This document shows positions 51,604-64,000 of a DNA stretch of 64,000 bases, one piece after another. The notes beneath the pieces are model-generated. The model saw only the letters and a list, made by a program, of their open reading frames with translations, made no database searches and was not told where the DNA came from. The stretch lies in assembly GCA_951406725.2 (NCBI GenBank), contig OX597829.1:30380001-30444000 (forward strand). The letters are read 5' to 3'. Numbering within the stretch: the first letter of the stretch is position 1; each line of letters opens with the position of its first letter. A program made the translations under genes and the position numbers. This DNA is from Octopus vulgaris. Taxonomy: Eukaryota.

Positions 51604-53464
51604 TTTATGTATGTTTTTGCTATATATTTTCCAATCATTCCCACCATTTTAATGGGTAGCTCACCATGCTTGCACAAATTTGTGGGTTTTCATCTCTCAA
51701 CAGAGTTTTATTTTATACCTTTTCCTTTGTGAGACACAACATCTGGAGATCATTCTTCATAATTTTACCCCAAACTTTTCATGGTCTCTCTCTCTCTCTC
51801 TCTTCAGTTTGCCTTTTAATAAAAATCTTCCACCAGATTTTTCTGTAAGAACTTTTTGTTAAGATTGTTTCCAAATATCAGCATAATAATGGAGAATTTA
51901 GTTATTTTTGCTAAAGCCTGCTGAATAATTGATTTTCAAAATGAAATAAAACACACAGGCAATGTTTGTTATTAGAAATATAGTTCACAAAAGGGTTACT
52001 ATTTAAACATATGAACCAAAATACGCACACAACATGCATACATCGATGCCTGTACGCATGCAAAATATCTTCCCGTTTTGCTTTCTGTTAGTAAAACACA
52101 AGATATGGCAACAGCTGAAATTATGAAGTGACTCACTTGAATCTTTGGCAAAAAGCTGTGATTCATTATGGATTTTACAGTCATATCACATGGTGTCTGA
52201 CTTTGGCATAGAGCCTGAACAGATATTAGAAGGCCTGACATTCATACCCTTTCCACAGGCAGTTGCAGTAGAATTGTTAACGTATCAGGCAAAATGCTTT
52301 GTGGTATTTGTTCTATGTGTTCAAATCCCATTAAAGTCAACTTTACTTTTTATTCTTTCATGGTTGACAAGAAAGTGTTAGTATGAATGAAGTACTGGGG
52401 TCAATTTGATTGATTACAAATCAGAGGTTAGCATGACATTGCATTGTCTTCAACTTCATTCTGGCAATTCCTGTGAGAATATTGGTGCCAAACTGCATCA
52501 GCTCTTGTCCTACCTTGGATAACATCAGTTGCATGAGAAATTGTTAGTCTTTCATACAAACTTTTACCCGGTTTTTGTTTTCTTCCAGATCCATTGGAAC
52601 TGATAGATTTCTATGATTGATGAAAATGAAGTTAGGTGGTTTTAGACAGGAACTGAAATCAAGTTGGGGACATGATTTATTCAAAATTTATTGTCATGAT
52701 GCAAATCAAACATAACTGTATTTCTGATTAAGTATCAGTGAATAATTTAGTAGAAATGAGAGGATCTTGTATGATGTCCTCACTCTTTCTCACCACTTTT
52801 TAATATGACTTTATTTTTCCAGCCCTACACATATAGCAAACCACTTATATGTTTATTGTATCTTATTGTACCTTTTGAACTCCTGTGGCTAATAACTATT
52901 AGCAAAAGTCTTGTGTCAGTACCACATAAAAAGTACTTGTGCCAGTGCCACGTGAAAATAACTTGTGCTGGTGTCACATAGAAGTACCCATGCCAATGGT
53001 ATGTTAAAAGCACCCAGCCATAGAAACTAAGCCAAATCAGACTGGACCCTAGTACAGCTCTCCTGCTTGCCAGCTCTGATCAAACCATCCAACCCCTGCC
53101 AGCATGGAAAATGGACATTAAAGGATTATTATTATTACTATTATTATTATTATTATTATCATTATTATTAATATTATAAAGGCAGTAAACTGGCAGAATT
53201 GCTAGCATGCCAGGCAAAATGATTAGTGGGATTTTGTCCGTCTTTACGGTCCGAGCTGAAATTCTGCTAAGGTTGACTTGGCCTTTCATTCTTTTAGGGT
53301 CGATAAAATAAGTACCAGTTGAGCACTGAGATCAATGTAATCAACCCCCCCGCACCATCCTCGAACTTGCTGGCCAAAATTTTAAATCATCATCATCATC
53401 ATTATTATTATTATTTCTTTGCATAGTATAGAAATAAAAAAGCTGGTTTTTGCGTGTGGCTTTT

Positions 53465-53907
53465 TTCACCCTTTCATATTAACTGTCAAACCATAACAAA
53501 AGGCTTTTAACAGAAAGTAATGTAGATATCTCATTCACTTGAAATCTATTTCATATCAACATGGACAGAAACAAGAATAGACCATGATTGATTTTATTAG
53601 TTGATTGCTCTAGTTAGGTTCTGGTTTAAAAGATAGAGGGTAGAGAACTTGCTCAAGCTGAGTTCTGCTAAGAAGAGAAAAACCAAGGATGGCCAAAGAA
53701 AGAAACATTTTCAAGTTCTCCTGAGATATACTGCTTTCTCATTGGTCAAATAAACTGGTGAAAAATGAATGACCAAGCTTTTACTTAGTTGCATGATGGT
53801 TACTACAAATTTAACATAAACGATACCAAAACTTGATAACATATATTGTAGAAAGGAAATTCAAACACAAATGAAAATAATGATGCATGTGGGTTTGAAA
53901 GGGTTAA
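53465..53907. mobile_element. Possible piggyBac-like MITE
   Basis: ttcacccttc... at the start and ...gaaaGGGTTAA at the end. Confidence 0.35.
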
Positions 53908-54734
53908 CATGACTCTACCATGATGCGACTGCCTTGGTTCCTCAATCCACAATCACAGACTAAATTTCTTGCCAAGCAGGTAATATATATACATATATAA
54001 AAGTAATTAAAAATTAGAAATAAAGAAAAGTAAATCAGGATATAATTTATAACAGTTAAAAGAGAAACCTTGCCTTCTCACTGTATAATAAAATAATAAA
54101 ACATTAAAGCAAACTAGATACATGTCATTTCAAAGCTCTTTCAATTTTAATCCTAAATTGCTTCCTATCCAAAAAGGAAATGCCACAAATAGCTGCAACA
54201 TAATCTATTTATATTGGCTCTTCGTTTATTCAATGTCCATTAGGATAATGCCATTGCCTCTTTTTAGACATTTTCCCATCACTCTTCATCTTCCCTTCAC
54301 CTAACTCTTCACCCATTAACTCTTTACTCATTCACTATCCTATCTTTATTAGTTACATATACAACTAATATAATATATATATATATATATATATAGTTCC
54401 ATTGCGTGGCACCTTGGGCAAGTGTTTTCTACTATAGCCTCAGGCTGACCAAAGCCTTGTGACTGGATTTAGTAGACAGAAACTGAATGAAGCCCATCGT
54501 ATATATATATATATATGTATGTGTGTGTTTTGTGTGTCTGTTTGTCCTCCGAACATTGCTTGTCAACTGATACTGGTGTGTTTACGTCTCCATAACTTAG
54601 CAGTTCGGCAAAAGAGAGTGATGGAATAAGTACTAGGCTTACAAAGAATAAGTCCTGGAGTCGATTTGTTAGACTAAAGGCAGTGCCCCAGCAAGGCCAC
54701 AGTTAAATGACTGAAACAAATAAAAGAATAAAAG

Positions 54735-54780
<46 letters not shown>

Positions 54781-55334
54781 TTTATCTTTTACTTGTTCCA
54801 ATCTTTTAACTGCAGCAATGCTGGGGTACTGCCTTGAAGAATCTTCAGTCAAACTAATTGACCCCAGAACTTTTTGTAAAGCCCGGTACTTATTCTATTG
54901 GTCTTGTTTTTCCAAACCATTAAGATACGGGGGATGTAAACACATTAACACCAGTTGTCAAGCAGTGGTGGGGAATAAATACATACACAAAGACACACAC
55001 ACACACACATAAACAATGGGCTTCTTCTTTACATAAGTCTCCATCCACCAAAACCACCCACAAGGACTTAGTCATTGCAAGGCTATAGAAGAAGACACTT
55101 GCCTGAGGTGCTATACAGTAGGACTGAACCTGGAATTGTGTGGCTGGGAAGCAAACTTTTTACCACAACAACCATGCCTGCACCTATCATGTATATAAGG
55201 TGGATGCATGGCAGTGTGGTTAAGAAGTTCACTTTGTAACTATGTGGTTTTGGGTTCAGTCTCACTATATGGCACCTTGGGCAAGTATCTCCTGCTATGG
55301 ATTTGACACACAGAAATTGAAAGAAGCCCGTCAT

Positions 55335-56190
55335 ATGAGATATGATCAAAAAGTATCAGAACTGGTGCTATAAAAAGAAAACTACAACACATATCAATCT
55401 GGCACATAGCCTTTTCTGAAGCCCCACACTCTATCCAGCATCGTTTCCATTGATGTAAGCATTCCTGGAGCTTCTTGTTTTAGATAGTGAGCAGCTGCTT
55501 TATCACATTCTCTTGAATTTCCTTGATGTCTCGAAATCTTGTTTCTTTCACGTGGGACTTGATTTTTGGAAATAGGAAATGTCACAAGGGACTAAAGAAT
55601 ATGGTGGTTGTTGGACCCGGGGAATGTTGTGATTGGCCAAAAACTGCTGCAAAATTGGCACATACTTGGCAAGCACACATCTCATTGAGAATGGACTGAA
55701 TTGAAACTGTATCTAATGCTCATACCCTCTAGAAACTCACACATGGTGATTTCACGGTCTTTCCAAACAGATGCACATATATCTATGATGTTTTCATCAA
55801 TTCTGTTGGTTGCATGTCTCTCAGAATTACATCACTGTCAACATTTTGCTGGCCATCTTGGAAATGCTTGAACCACTCATACACCTCTGTCCAGCTCATA
55901 TGCTCCCCTCCATACACTTCCTGCAATTTTGCATAGATTTCTGTGCAGATATCACCAAGAGTTTTGTAAAATTTGAAGCAGATTCTCTGCTCGGTTTTCT
56001 CTGTGAGCTGATCACACTACACACTTTACTTCCAAGCACTGTTATAAACAACAGAAGTGAGCAAGAACGTTATAACTTAGTGTGTATGTGTAACAAGAGT
56101 TCAAGATCAATCAGTGCCAAGCAGCTTCACTCTGCATAATTTAGCTCTGTTACTATAGAAACAGTTCCAACACTTTTTAATGTATTGGGT
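55335..56190 (-). mobile_element. mariner (DD34D-type) transposon, internally deleted
   Basis: EQRICFKFYKTLG...VYEWFKHFQDG at the N-terminus; decayed PYSPDLAPCD-like region; TIR-like aaaaagtatcagaactggtgctata / tatagaaacagttccaacacttttt. Confidence 0.75.
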
Positions 56191-58261
56191 CATCCCATAA
56201 ATAAGGTATTTTTTTATACGTCTTTTATTTTTCAAAATTAAGATAAACAAACTCAAGATAAATATCCAATACAATACTAAGACAATATAATACACTAGTC
56301 CACAGTGTTGTACAAAGGTGGCAACAAGCCAATGATTGACATCCATGTCAATATCTCAAATCATAACTTTAGTATTTCAGTCTGTGGTAGTATGGAAACA
56401 GCCTATGGATAAGAGTCTACTTGTCTCCTCCTCTAAACCTCAGCCTAAAAAAAGCCCAAACACATGCTTCTTTATGTCCTATTTCAGTTTGTCGAGAGAA
56501 CATCCTGCTACACTTCAGTCAAGGTTTCCACTAAGTTAATTGTGAAGAGTATACAACAAAACATAATATTACCTATCTCCTTGCCCTTTCCTGGATATAT
56601 CTGTTGAGAAAGGAGTCACTACTTTTTGTGACGTATCTTACTTACACATCTTTTTCTTTAAACTGGCTCAAGTCAAGTCAATCCCTTTTTTCTCCACAAC
56701 ATTAGCAAATGATGATAGTATTTTGCTGTTAATGTTGATGTCATTTTTTAATACTTTCACTTAAATTATTGTTTCAGTTAGCATTCCTTTCTTGTGTTTT
56801 TTTCTGCTGTGCATGTGTAAGTGACAGAAATCAAAGCTCCTTGTTTCTGTTTGATAATGTTTGAATATGTTTGTTTGTATTAATGTTACAACTAGCGCAG
56901 CGTGCACCTCTTCTTTCTGTTTTCAAGGCAGCCATCTTTCAATGTGCAAATGTTGTAAATGTCAAAAATATTTAAACAGTTCTTTTTTAAATGTCTACAG
57001 ACAAATCATTCCTCCCACCCCAGATAAAGTGATGGATGTTTAAATGCTCCAAAATCCTTTGGTAGTTAAAGGATATTAAAAAAGCAAGAAATAAAATTTT
57101 TCTGTTGCAAGGTAATTCTGGAAGAAGACATTTTGTTCACAGCAGAGCAGACTACAACAACAAGAACAATAAAAGTAACAAAGCAACAACAAAAGCAACA
57201 ACTAGTACTGTTGCTAATAGAACAACAATCACAACAATAATAGCAACTACAACAGCAATATAGCAACAATAGAAACAATCACTTTACTGATAGCAACAAG
57301 AACAACAACAACAACAATAATAATAGCAATAATATTGATGTATTCATATAATTTTATGAGTTTATATTTATAAACATCAATCTAATTACAGTGCAGTCCA
57401 TTGAGTTTTATTGAAAAAGATAATCCTTTGATTAATTGACAAAACTAATTTCCAGCTGTCACAAAGACACACAGAGATACCATAAACAAACTTCAGTATG
57501 ATACACCATGCTTTGACTTTACTTTTATGTCTTTTCAGCTCATTATAGCTGCTTAATTAGCCCAAACTGTTCTCATCCTGATATAGTATAATTTTCAAAT
57601 TAACCAGAATCCACAATATTGATATATTTAAAAAGAAATTTGTTCACTTTCTTGCTTATATAGATATAGCATATAATTCAGATGGTTGAAAATAGTCAGG
57701 ATATCCTTGGTGTAGAGATTATTACAGCTATCCAGTAATCAGTTTAATTTCTGTAGATGATTCTGCCTTCGTTTTTTTTTTCCCTATCCAAGGAACATTT
57801 TATTTGATATATTATGAGCCACTACTTATAACCACATTTGTTTCAACCCACACGCACAAGACTTTATTTCTGTGTACCAAATCCACTCACATGGCTTTGG
57901 TTGGGGTAGGGTGACAGTAGAAGAAGCTTGCTTAAGGTCCTCACAGTGTAACTGAACCTGAAATCATGTGATTAGGAAGTGAACTTCTTAGACACACATC
58001 CATGCCTGTTCCTTCAAGTATGCATGTAAGAGAGAGTGAGTGAGAGAGAGAGAGAGAGAAAGAGAGAGTATAAAGGGGGTATGGACATATAAAGGAGGTA
58101 AAGGAACATTAATGACATCAATCTTGCTGGTCTAGGGAGGAACCTGAGACCATGGACAATGACCCTCCCTACAGATCCAACAAGTAAACCAGAAAAAAAT
58201 GTAAAAGTACATTCCCGTTCGAAAATGTCTAAAAATTATCTTAAAACTATTTTCATTCTAC

Positions 58262-58608
58262 TGCACCATTCAAACGTGATTGTTACCAGTGTCGCATTAC
58301 TGGCATTTGTGCTGGTGGCACGCATAAAACAATATTCGAGTGAGGTTGTTGCCGGTGCCGCTGGACTGGCTCCTGTGCAAGTGGCATGTAAAAAACACCA
58401 TTTGAGCGTGGCCGTTGCCAGTACCACCTGACTGGCCCTCGTGCCGGTGGCATGTAAAAGTACCCACTACACTCTCGGAGTGGTTGGTGTTAAGAAGGGC
58501 ATCCAACTGTAGAAATTCTGCCAGATCAGAATTGGTGCAGCCATCTGGTTTGCCAGTCCTCAGTCAAATCGTCCAACCCATGCTAGCATGGAAAGCGGAC
58601 ATTAAACA

Positions 58609-58640
<32 letters not shown>
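58262..58640 (+). mobile_element. RTE-tail repeat with (GAT)n
   Basis: Matches 7895-8256. Confidence 0.8.
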
Positions 58641-58641
<1 letters not shown>

Positions 58642-59050
58642 CAGGTACTCAAGCTAGGTTTCCAGTTTGAAGATGTCTTGCTCCTTCTTTCTGTCCTTCC
58701 CATCAGTTTAGGAGCCCTTAAAGGACATCAAGGCCACTGCTCTTAATCTTCACTGAGAAAAAAAATTTAAGAACAGAGTAACAATTTTAGATTCCCAAAT
58801 TTCTTACTGTTTGGATGATTTGAGACATAACAGAAACATTAGATTCAGACACAAAAAAATGTTGGTACAAGGCCAGCAATTTTAGGAGGAAGTTAGTTAA
58901 TTATGTTGACCCAAGTATTTGACTGGTGCTTTATTTCACTGGTCCCAATAGCTACCTGGTACTTTATATCATTGAGTGCAAATGAATGAGAAGCAAAGTT
59001 AACTTCAGTGCAATTTGAACTTAAAATGTGAACAGTAAAATGTGAACATA

Positions 59051-59441
59051 GGCGCAGGAGTGGCTGTGTGGTAAGTAGCTTGCTTACCAGCCACATGGTT
59101 CCAGGTTCAGTCCCACTGTGTGGCATCTTGGGCAAGTGTCTTCTGCTATAGCCCTGGGCCGACCAATGCCTTGTGAGTGGATTTGGTAGACGGAAACTGA
59201 AAGAAGCCTGTCATAATAATGTATATTATATATACATATATATATGTGTGTATGTGTGTGTGTTTGTTCCCCTAGCATTGCTTGACAACCGATGCTGGTG
59301 TGTTTACGTCCCCGTCACTTAGCGGTTTGGCAAAAGAGACCGATAGAATAAGTCCCGGGGTCGATTTGCTCGACTAAAGGCGGTGCTCCAGCATGGCCGC
59401 AGTCAAATGACTGAAACAAGTAAAAGAGTAAAAGAGAGTAA
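59051..59441 (+). mobile_element. CORE-like tRNA SINE family O, best copy
   Basis: A box tggctgtgtgg, B box ggttcagtccc, cttgggcaagt, internal (TA)/(TG) tract, tail aagtaaaagag. Confidence 0.85.
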
Positions 59442-59907
59442 GACTAAATACCACAAGAGATTTTGTTTGATACTCAAAAAACTCTGCCAACCCACTGTCC
59501 TCTTTAGACATGAAATTATAATGCAGTTACGAGGGGATGGTTGGTTGAACTCCAACAGCCATGCAAGGCTGGATCAATGTCAGAACCAAAGCTTAGAATC
59601 TAATTCTAATGCAAAGCTGACAATGTAACACTGCAAGCTGATAATTCTTGTCACTTGTATGGTAGATGGTACCAATTTTCAGTTTAATAGAATGGATCGG
59701 TGACAATTAAATGACTTGGATATTGGTTAAGTCCATTATAGAACTAACAAAACTTTTATGACAGCTGTCAGGTCTCTTGTTGGTTTAATGAGCTGTGACT
59801 CTCAACAATACATAGGCACACAGATGTTTTCTCTCTCTCTCACATATGTGTATGTGTGTGCATGTAACTATATGTGTATGAGTACATGTCTTTTTTTCTG
59901 TGTGAGC

Positions 59908-59949
<42 letters not shown>

Positions 59950-60434
59950 AAACATGTACACACACCCATACATACATAAATACACAACCAAACATGCATA
60001 AATACAAACATACATATATACACTTGCATATAGAAATATACAGCCATTCATACACACACACATACATACACTTTAATACATAAAGATAGTCATAAGGCTT
60101 CTTGCATTAAAGAAGTCAGTTTTCATAGATGAATATTGTCACTGGAAAATACTCTTTTATTCTTTTACTTGTTTCACTCATTTGACTGTGGCCATGCTGG
60201 GGCACCACTTTTAGTTGAACAAATCGACCCCAGGACTTATTCTTTGTAAGTCTAGTACTTATTCTTTTGGTCTCTTTTGCCGATCTGCTAAGTTATGGGA
60301 ATGTAAACACACTAGCATTGGTTGTCAAGTGATGTTGGAGGGACGAACACAGACACACAAACATATATACACACAATAGTTTGGCCGCTTGTTTCTCTGG
60401 AGACTATCAGAATGATGCAGACACCTCTGAGAAC

Positions 60435-61700
60435 CCAATAAAGGAGGTAGCAGAGCTGAGGCCAAGAACTACAGACCTATCTCTCTGACCTCGCACATCA
60501 GCAAGGTCATGGAACGAATAGTCAGAAGAAAACTAATCGCCTTCCTTGAAGAAAATGACTTACTGCCTGACACCCAACATGGTCTCCAACCTAGAAGAAG
60601 CTGCCTGACTCAGCTCTTACAACACTATGACTGGGTGCTGAAACAGCTGCTCAAACACTCAAATGTGGAAATGATATATCTCGACTTTGCAAAGGCCTTT
60701 GATAAAGTTGATCATGGAACGATATGTCACAAACTGCATGATCTCGGCATAGTTGGAAAATTGGGAGAATGGCTTCATGACTTTCTGAAGGATAGAAGTC
60801 AGGTGGTAGTAGCCAATGGGGCCACATCCAATGACACACAAATAGTGAGCGGTGTTCCACAAGGCACTGTTTTGGGACCATTACTGTTCATAATGGCCCT
60901 CTCAGATATGCCCTCAGCCACACAGAGAGCTATGATCACAAGTTATGCAGATGATACAAAAGTCTCACAGGTAATACAAAACCCTGAAGATACTATGTAC
61001 CTGCAATGTGAGCTGGATGAAATATACAAGCGGGCTGAAACGAATAGCATGCAGTTTAATGCTGAAAAGTTTCAAGCCTTGTGCTATCAGCATGCAAAAC
61101 TAAATGCAATACCCATTAAATACACTGGACCTGCATGGATTGCAATCCCAGAGGCACAGTCAGTGCAAGACCTGGGCATTTACATGACTAATGATGCATC
61201 TTTTCATGTACATGTTGCTAAATTGGCAATGAAATGCAGGTGGCTGACCGGTTGGATTCTTAGAACTTTTAGAACAAGAGATCAGGAAACCATGATGGTC
61301 CTCTGGAGGACACTTGTCCTAAGCTACTTTGACTATTGCTCTCAACTTTGGTCACCAACCAGTATCAAATTAATCTCAAAACTTGAGGCAATCCAACAAA
61401 GCTACACGAAGAAGATAGCCTCTACACAGCATATAAACTATTGGGAAAGACTCAAGAGATTAAGACTCTATTCCTTAGAGCATAGGCGAGAAAGATATGC
61501 CATAATATACTTCGGAGAATCCTGGAAGGACTTGGCATCAAGAGTTACACAAATATTAGAACTGGGCACCACTGCATAGTGCCATGGACTCCAAATTTGC
61601 CATCAAGATGTAAGACAAGAGTAGGCAGGCTCATCAAAGCCATATGATCTCAAGCTCAAATTCATGGCTTCAACACTGACAATGTATTGATGGAGAGAAC
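60435..61700 (+). mobile_element. CR1/L2-group non-LTR retrotransposon RT region, 5'-truncated
   Basis: NYRPISLTS, QHG, YLDFAKAFDKVDH, SGVPQGTVLGP, YADD, DLG, YCSQLWSP. Confidence 0.92.
60509..61579 (+). CDS. Reverse transcriptase ORF fragment (356 aa) of the LINE; probably non-functional
   Basis: Open frame with the RT core motifs; no endonuclease domain upstream and an apparent frameshift near the end. Confidence 0.75.
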   Translation: MERIVRRKLIAFLEENDLLPDTQHGLQPRRSCLTQLLQHYDWVLKQLLKHSNVEMIYLDFAKAFDKVDHGTICHKLHDLGIVGKLGEWLHDFLKDRSQVVVANGATSNDTQIVSGVPQGTVLGPLLFIMALSDMPSATQRAMITSYADDTKVSQVIQNPEDTMYLQCELDEIYKRAETNSMQFNAEKFQALCYQHAKLNAIPIKYTGPAWIAIPEAQSVQDLGIYMTNDASFHVHVAKLAMKCRWLTGWILRTFRTRDQETMMVLWRTLVLSYFDYCSQLWSPTSIKLISKLEAIQQSYTKKIASTQHINYWERLKRLRLYSLEHRRERYAIIYFGESWKDLASRVTQILELGTTA

Positions 61701-61752
61701 ATGTTGAAGCCTTCAACCTGCGGTGGACTGAATATAGGCAATCCAATCCAAT

Positions 61753-61795
<43 letters not shown>

Positions 61796-61838
61796 GTATG
61801 TATATATACATACACAAATGTGTGTGTATGTGTGTATA

Positions 61839-61896
<58 letters not shown>

Positions 61897-62628
61897 TGTG
61901 TTTACTGTATGTATGTTTACATATATGTATTTGTTTATTATATTAAAAGTTGGCAGATTACTCTGGAGTTTTGCCCTGGGTTGGGTTACTCAAGACTGTG
62001 AACAGAATCATCAATTTCTTTTTCAATCCGTGTGATTATTTCTCTTGTTCCAATGGAACTACCATTCTGCCGAGTGTATTTTATTTTCAAGCAACCTAAA
62101 TCTTGCTTCTTGAAAAGTCTACTGGGCTTCTTTGTTCATACCATGTCCATAACTCGTTAGTATTGATTTTGAGCATAATAATTCCTTACCAAGGGAATCA
62201 ATATCTTGTCAACAACAACAACAACAATAGCAGCAACACCAAAAGCATTGATTTTATTGATATTTCTAGTATTCATTTTAAATGTTTTTAAATTGTTCTT
62301 TTATCTCGTTATTTTCTTCTTCTTCTTCTCCTTCTTCTTCTATCATTTATTATCTATTTACCTTTCCTTCTACCAAGCTCCATCATCATTGTGCAAGTCA
62401 TTTTCTAACATTAAAAAAAAATTGAAGTAAAATTCAGGTTCACAAAATGTGTAGCACTTCAAATCCAGATGGTGTACTAAATATATGTGAAATATGGAAA
62501 TATATGTACACACACACACACAAATGCATATATGTGTGAGCTTCTGTCTGTGTATGCATGTATGTATGTTTCTACTTACATAGATATATATGTGTGAGTA
62601 TGAGTATATGTTAGTATGTAACTGTGCA

Positions 62629-62671
<43 letters not shown>

Positions 62672-63224
62672 GGAGATAGATAGATAGATAGATAGATAGA
62701 TGCATCTAGGTTTACAAATGAGGGAAAAAACACTCAAATCTTGTAGAAGAGTTTTCTTATCTGAACCTGAGGTGTCCCTCTGTCCCAGCTCCAATTTTTG
62801 CAACAACACAATGCACAAGTACATACACCAATATCTTTAACACAATATAGTGAATATACATTTATACATACATGCATGTGTGTGTGGATGGGTGATTGTT
62901 TGTTTGTGTGTTTTATATGACTTAAATAGTCATTACACATGCTGAAAATGTGCAGTTTGATACATGTATAATTTCAAGCAACCAACCCTTTGGTTGACTT
63001 CACCAATTAGTGGTTTAAAAACATATGGAAAGAAAGAGAAAGAGAGAGAGAGAAAGAGAGAGAAAGACAAACACAGAGTGTGTGCATATGTATGTGTATC
63101 TATATATGTATGTGTGCATTTATATATGTATGTCTGGATGTTTGTATGTTAGCATGCATGTGTGTATATAAGCATGTATGTATGTGTTTATATATATATA
63201 GTTTTTGAAATCAATGAGTTGGTG

Positions 63225-64000
63225 GACCCATATCAATATGGACTAGAAGCCATTAAATTCTGGTTATTGGAATACCCCAATAAGGTCCCAGAAAGAATAA
63301 AAAAAGAATTTATCATCGAGGGCCTTAAGTTTATCCTCCAAAACAACTTTTTGAATTTTAATAATAATACCTACAGATGGCTATGAGGGACTGCAATGGG
63401 TACTGAAGTTGCCCCTACTTATGCAAACCTGATGATGGCCTATCTAGAATTAAAAAATTTATTAAGAGTCCAAATATAAATACAGCCTGTCTTTCCACAA
63501 ATACCTGTTGGAGAATTGGAAACACTACTTGGATGATTGCCTCATCCTATGGTCCCACACACTTGACCAACTCATTGATTTCAGAAACTTAATCAACAGT
63601 GTCAACAACCATATCCAATTTACAATGGAATATAGTCAAGACCAACTTCCTTTTCTTGACATTCTTATTATTAAAAAAGGCACCAACATTGAAACTGATA
63701 TCTACTACAAACCAACTGATTCCAAACAATACCTTCTGTTCACCTCCAATCACCCAAAGCACATGAAGACAAACATCCCCTTCAACCTAGCGAGAAGAAT
63801 CTGTACAATTGTCTCAAATTATAGAACATGAACTGAAAGACTCCAAGAACTAAAGGCAATTCTTCTCAAAAGACATTACCCAGCACCATTAGTTGACAAT
63901 GGAATAGAATGGGCTAAGACAATTGCTACCCAAGTCTTATGAAAACCAAAACACACTCATGGTACATTAAATAGTCTCCCATATCTCTCAACACACAATC
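63225..64000 (+). mobile_element. Penelope-like (Neptune-type) RT, disrupted, running off the window
   Basis: GLEAIKFWL...FILQNN; GTAMGTEVAPTYANL; YLDDC; LPFLD; YYKPTDSKQYL...HPKH..TNIPFNLARRI. Confidence 0.9.

Noticed and set aside
56560-57000. Exon-like minus-strand segments with gtaagt donors
   Set aside because: Stops in the frames I read and no recognisable product

Overview
AT-rich, microsatellite-saturated eukaryotic DNA with no host gene I can support. The repeat content (tRNA-derived SINEs with CORE-like and other central domains, RTE tails ending in (GAT)n, many (TA)n/(TAA)n/(GATA)n tracts) looks like intronic or intergenic cephalopod (Octopus-like) DNA; this assignment is an inference. 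Nearly all ORFs in the track are microsatellite or antisense artefacts. The real coding remnants are transposon-derived: a CR1/L2-group RT (60.4-61.7 kb), a Penelope RT (63.2-64 kb), a Penelope GIY-YIG end (24.6-25.1 kb), RTE and R4/Dong LINE pieces, Ty1/copia and Ty3/gypsy relics, and four Tc1/mariner-superfamily elements. The most notable signal is several unrelated short non-coding modules carrying Penelope-type hammerhead ribozyme (HHR) motifs. Two are long palindromes with an HHR on each strand (6.4-6.7 kb, 48.15-48.33 kb). One couples a tRNA-like Pol III promoter to a minimal HHR, both at the 3' end of a Penelope element (25.2 kb) and as a stand-alone copy (12.5-12.8 kb). One palindrome copy has an inverted piece of neighbouring DNA in its centre (39.3 kb). 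All folds and alignments were done by eye and need computational and experimental confirmation.
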